From NCBI GenBank assembly GCA_050575255.1, contig JBNZDD010013693.1, positions 4,286,857 to 4,350,856 of the forward strand: a DNA stretch of 64,000 nt, in the 5' to 3' direction. The first letter of the stretch is position 1, and every line of letters starts with the position of its first letter. Source of the stretch: Harriotta raleighana (Eukaryota). The position numbers and the translations under genes were made by a program. The notes under the pieces were generated by a model. The model did no database searches, was not told the DNA's origin, and was given only the letters and a program-made list of their open reading frames with translations. Of this stretch, positions 59,401-64,000 are shown piece by piece.

Positions 59401-61509
59401 TGATGTGCAGTTTAATGTCTAAACACAGTGGGGTTACTTTACTCTGTACCTGCATTGGTTGTGTTCTATAATTGTATAGTCTGGTCAAAGCCATACACTT
59501 GGTACCATAAGTTTGCAGTTCTAGTATACAATTACATTACAGGAAACCCATTTAAAAACGTTTCTGGACTTCTCTGTTGGAAGTATTCCATTCTCAACTC
59601 TGAGTTACATGTACATTTTTAACAATTTAAAAACTTTTAAAATAGAACCTTTCACTGGCTGACATCACAAACCACATTATAGGAAGCAAATATCCCATAA
59701 ATGGCGTGAATGACCAATTTTTAGTTGTGTGGGGGGAGGGGGAGGGGGGGGTTGTTGGATCAGACACATTTTTAAGTAGTGCCATGGGATCTTTACTACT
59801 CAACCAGCAAATTACATTTGTATAGAGCCTTTCATGTCTGGAAGACATCCAAAGGAGGTAGACAGTCAAGGATTTGCACCCAAGATGGGACTTGGGATCT
59901 GGGGGACAGGGAAGCTAAGGGCAGGAGAGTGACCAAAGGGTTAGGGTTTCAAAGAGGAAGACTTCATCTCAACAGATAGATGTGACACTTGGTTTAAAGT
60001 CTTATCTGAAGGATGTCTTATTTGGCAATACAGCGCTCCCCTACAGATTTCCTTATCTTGTGTACCAACCAAAGCAGATGCAGTTAGTTTGTTCAACAGC
60101 TATAACTACCCATGTATCGCGCTTGTTATGTCGGATGCCTTGAAGTGCTTTCCAAAGTACATTGAAAGTGACCAATGAAACGGTCACCCAGATTACCCAA
60201 TTAAAATGAGTTTGAAAGGAACCAGTTGAAATACCATCCACTTACCTTACATCTCTTCACCAAGTAGAGTAATAGAATTATCTCCCCTCCATTTAGCTCC
60301 CTTTCCTTTCACCTCCCCTTTACTTATAGTCTTTCATGCAACTCTTATATAAGTGAGTGCATTTCCCTTCACAACTTTATACCTGAACAAGCACTCAAAT
60401 GCAGCCATTGAAAGGTGACTGACTGGATTCACAAACTTGTTCACTATAGTGTGGGGACTTTCACACTTGCAGCTTAAAATCAAACATCTTGAGGGTATGG
60501 TTTCTTTATGGCTGAGTTTTAAGGAGCAGCGAGTGAACACTCGTTCCCATCACTGAAGTTTTACCCTGGTCCAGAAGACATTGTGAGAATCTATAGCTGG
60601 AAGATCCTAATGTCATGAGCGATTTGCAAGGTTTGTGGTATATGGTAAGGAAATTAGAAAAATGCCATTGTTATACAAAGCACACCCGAGGAACACACTC
60701 AAACTGCCTTACAAAGTGATTTGTGCAGTCAATGACACAGAGAGCATCTTGCTGAGAAAGATTTCAACTGAGAAAACTCCAAAAGTCATCACTGTAAATC
60801 CAATCTTTAAAAATTCCATCAAATACATTCTGTGCAACCACTGGAAAAGCTTTTGCTGATGGTTTCTTTGGGATGGACTCAGTAGCATTAATATTGAAGT
60901 GCACAAATAAGACCTTGGTTTCACTCTTCCAATGCTGCAATCTCATTTTCTGCACTGCTTCCCCTGGTTTTTCCCCATTCAATTGCTTCCCGAGGAGGTA
61001 AGTGGACAAGGCAGTCTCAATTACTGATTCGTGCTTCTTTGGATCCAGATACTTAAAAACAAGAACTGCAGAAATAATATAATAAAATAATAATCCTTGC
61101 ATTTGATATAGTGCCTTATTGGATCTTTGAGATGATTCAGAGCACTTCATAGAATATATTGTAAAGTAAATTGATTATTTTGTAGGTGAAAAGGCAGTAA
61201 AGAGACATTCTCTTATCTCCTGTCTGCCCGACTGAGGAGGCAACAAACCTCCACTATGCGGTATGTTACCTGAATAATAATCTTGCATTTACAAAGTTTC
61301 CTGAGATGTTCATAAATTGAGGTTCTGTTGCAGTTTCTAAGATCATTAATAAAACATGTTGCTTCAACAAAAAGTCATGTTTCCAAACGTGACTAGTTTA
61401 TATACTGTGTGAACCTCCTCACACCACGTTCTGGTACGGGTGAATGACTCGCGTGCTTCTAACAACAACAAATTATATTTGTATAACGCCTTTCATTTCA
61501 GGAAAGCCT

Positions 61510-62910
61510 AGCACCAATGGCTTTAACATCCATATTATTTTTGCTTCTTTTGCCGTTCCTACAAAGCTATGGATTCAGAAAGTTATCACAGTAAAACCTT
61601 GTTTATCTGGCACACTCAGGGGAGTCGACTAATTGACGGTGCCGGATAAACGGGGAATAAATCGCCGAAAACCCAACATAAAAAATGTACTTATTTTAAA
61701 ACATACCATGTTAATAATAGACTACATAGTAACAGAATATTGTGTGGATACTTACCAATAAAGCATTCCAGCACAGTCGGGAAAAAATCGGTAAAACCAG
61801 TATTTTTTACCGATCGGTAAAAAAAACAAGTGCGGAAGTTTACTAAGTGCGCATACGCACGCATTGCACGCATGCGCAAAGTAAGCAAACTCGTGAATCT
61901 GGAATGGGGAATTGCCCCGGGAGGCAGTCGAGCAATTGAATCGGGTCACGGATGAACAAGGTTTTACTGTATTCCAATTGCCATTAAGATCTACTCTCTG
62001 CCAGCCTTAATCGTTGGTATATTTTCCTGCTTTGTTCCCAGACATAAAAGAGGTTGGACAGTCAAGGATTTGAACCTGAGCTGGGGCTTGGGATCAGGAG
62101 GGGTGGAGTGCAGGGAGGGTAGAGTGCAGGGAGGGTGGAAGACAGGGAGAATAAGGGTAAAAGGATAACTGAAAGCTCGCCCGAAGAGGAGGATCTTGAA
62201 GGAGGCAAAGGAGGTAGCGTGGCAAAGGGACTATGGGATGGTGGAGGCAGAGAGCCTGATCTGTCATTCTCTATCCACAGTCATAAGGCCTAAACTGCAA
62301 TTGGAACAACAACAACAACTTGCTCCAGCATGTAGGTCATCTGGGAACCTGCGGGGGAAGCAGAGGCAGCTGTTGGACCTTATCTTAAAATTCTGTTTTA
62401 TGTGGTCAGGAAAAGCCTGGTTATTAAAACTGATGAGAAAAACATTGGGAACAATTTGAAATTTATAATTAAGCACCCTTGGTAGCTTTTCGGAGCGCTT
62501 TCCTCATTCACTTATGTTTTCTCCACTTCAATTTTAACACTACTTTTTCTTTCATCAAACCTTTTCGCTTTACTATCCTTTATTTGGTTGGGATGGGGTT
62601 TGGGGGAGGAGAAAGTGGGAGGGGTCCCTCTGGGCTAGCAGTTAGAAGCATAGTTACTCCACAATACACAGGTGACAAGACAGACAGCTTATGAGAACTT
62701 TATTTGAGAAGAGGTATCATTCATTGTTAACACACACACATGTCCTGTTTGGAGAGAAAATTCTGGGAACAAAGCAAGAAAATATACCAATGATTAAGGC
62801 CGTCAGAGAGTAGATCTTAATGGCAGTTAGAATAATAACTAGTTGAATCCATAGCTTTGTGGGAAGGGCAAAAGAAGCAAACATAATATGGATGTTAAAG
62901 CCACTGTGCT
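61510..62910. repeat. ~150-bp inverted repeat pair (left arm 61510-61588 plus 61970-62042; right arm 62762-62910)
   Basis: The reverse complement of the right arm (ggctttaacatccatattatgtttgcttcttttgcccttcccacaaagctatggattca...gccattaagatctactctctgacggccttaatcattggtatattttcttgctttgttcccaga) aligns to the left arm once the MITE is removed. Confidence 0.9.
61589..61969. mobile_element. Tigger/pogo-like MITE (TIR CAGTAAAACCTTGTT[T/C]ATC)
   Basis: cagtaaaaccttgtttatctgg ... cggatgaacaaggttttactg-TA. The uninterrupted inverted homolog at 62762-62910 has TA at the empty site. Confidence 0.85.
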
Positions 62911-64000
62911 GGTAAGATAATTAAGTGACTGACTATGTGAAGCCAAGCTTTGGGATAACAGACTACTTATTTATTTAACCTGATTGCTTTTATCGAAATA
63001 GTGTGGATAAAAAAAAATTGGAGACATTTTGTTATGGAACAGTTTGACCTGCACCTTAATGTTTTAAAGATCATTGGGAGATAGACTCGTGGATAACCGT
63101 TTTATTTTTTAATTTTCAGGTTTTGTTGGATTACTTTGGGATATTCCTGCTAATGCTTAAAAACTATTCTGCAAAATTGCCTGAGCAAAACCCTTCATTA
63201 AACCCTTTTCGTATTTTAGGACTGTTTTTGATTTACTTTTGTAATACTTGACGTTTTAATTTTGTTCTTAAAAGGTTTTAACCTGTTCACATTCAGTGGA
63301 GAGCCAGAAAGAGACTGGGCCAAAGGCAGGGCAAGGCTGCCTGACGGTAAGAGCCAAGGCATTAATATGTGACTTATTAACAATGAAACAATTACGGTGG
63401 TTCTGTTCAGATAGGTTCTGTGGTCCTTCAATCAGGTGCTCAATTTCTTCCCACAGTTCAAATCAGTGCAAATTCTTGGTGAGATGATGGTGGCAGGTAA
63501 TCATGCGCTGCATTGCATAACTTGAGCCTGGGCTGTTTTTACTTCCATCACACCTAAGAGTATCCAAACCAAGCTGAGAATTTCAGGATTCCCTGCCCCC
63601 AGTGACTGGTCTGCCATTCCAAATCCTGCCGATAAGCCTGTGCTGTGCTCTCATCAGCAGTTCCCTTTATCTTTATTTATATATAGTGTATATCTATATT
63701 CAGTTAAAGTCTGGGCTGAAACTTGCTCTGTGAATCACATGAGTAGAAGTTCCTTCTAAGGTAGTAATGTAAATGTTACCCCCAAGTGTTTTAAACTTTA
63801 CATTTTCTTGATGGAGAAAGACCTGTTGACAAATCAACATTGAAAGCGCACACCTTATGAGGAGCAAATGTCCACGTCCCTGGAGACTCAAGACCCTCAT
63901 TTCGACCGTGGCTTTGGCTGCCCGCCTACCTCTTCACCCTCACTCATCCCAACCCTGCCATCTCCCCGCCTGTAACCGGATTCTGACCCCCGACCATTCA

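Overview
This is vertebrate genomic DNA, most likely from a cartilaginous fish and possibly a chimaera. That assignment is inferred from the repeat landscape (CR1, L2, Deu-domain SINEs, Penelope-type repeats) and was not confirmed by a search. Two divergently transcribed genes are present. ILRUN/C6orf106 (+) is complete, with 5 coding exons (22613-22767, 38640-38794, 44654-44851, 48647-48975, 55735-55770), 290 aa, canonical GT-AG introns and consistent phases. Only the first coding exon of UHRF1BP1/BLTP3A (-) is present (12801-12844, MAGLIKKQILKHLS[R]). The rest is introns and intergenic DNA full of decayed CR1 and L2 LINEs, tRNA-derived SINEs, Tigger-like MITEs and minisatellites. Three of four single-N joins carry duplicated flanks that look like assembly artefacts, including a false second copy of ILRUN exon 1. 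I found no new protein-coding system. The best leads are non-coding: (1) a young ~1.07-kb composite non-autonomous retroelement with a YY1/CpG-rich 5' end and a SINE/L2-type tail, cleanly inserted into an old L2; (2) a ~150-bp inverted copy of nearby DNA inserted into an L2 and later hit by a MITE; (3) an array of recursive-splice-site-like (Y)nCAG|GTGTGT motifs at the start of ILRUN intron 1; (4) a homogeneous 34-bp VNTR at the UHRF1BP1 promoter; (5) no visible SNRPC between the two genes; (6) decayed hammerhead ribozyme cores; (7) an old repeat family with LF-SINE-like motifs. Repeat boundaries were read by eye and are approximate.
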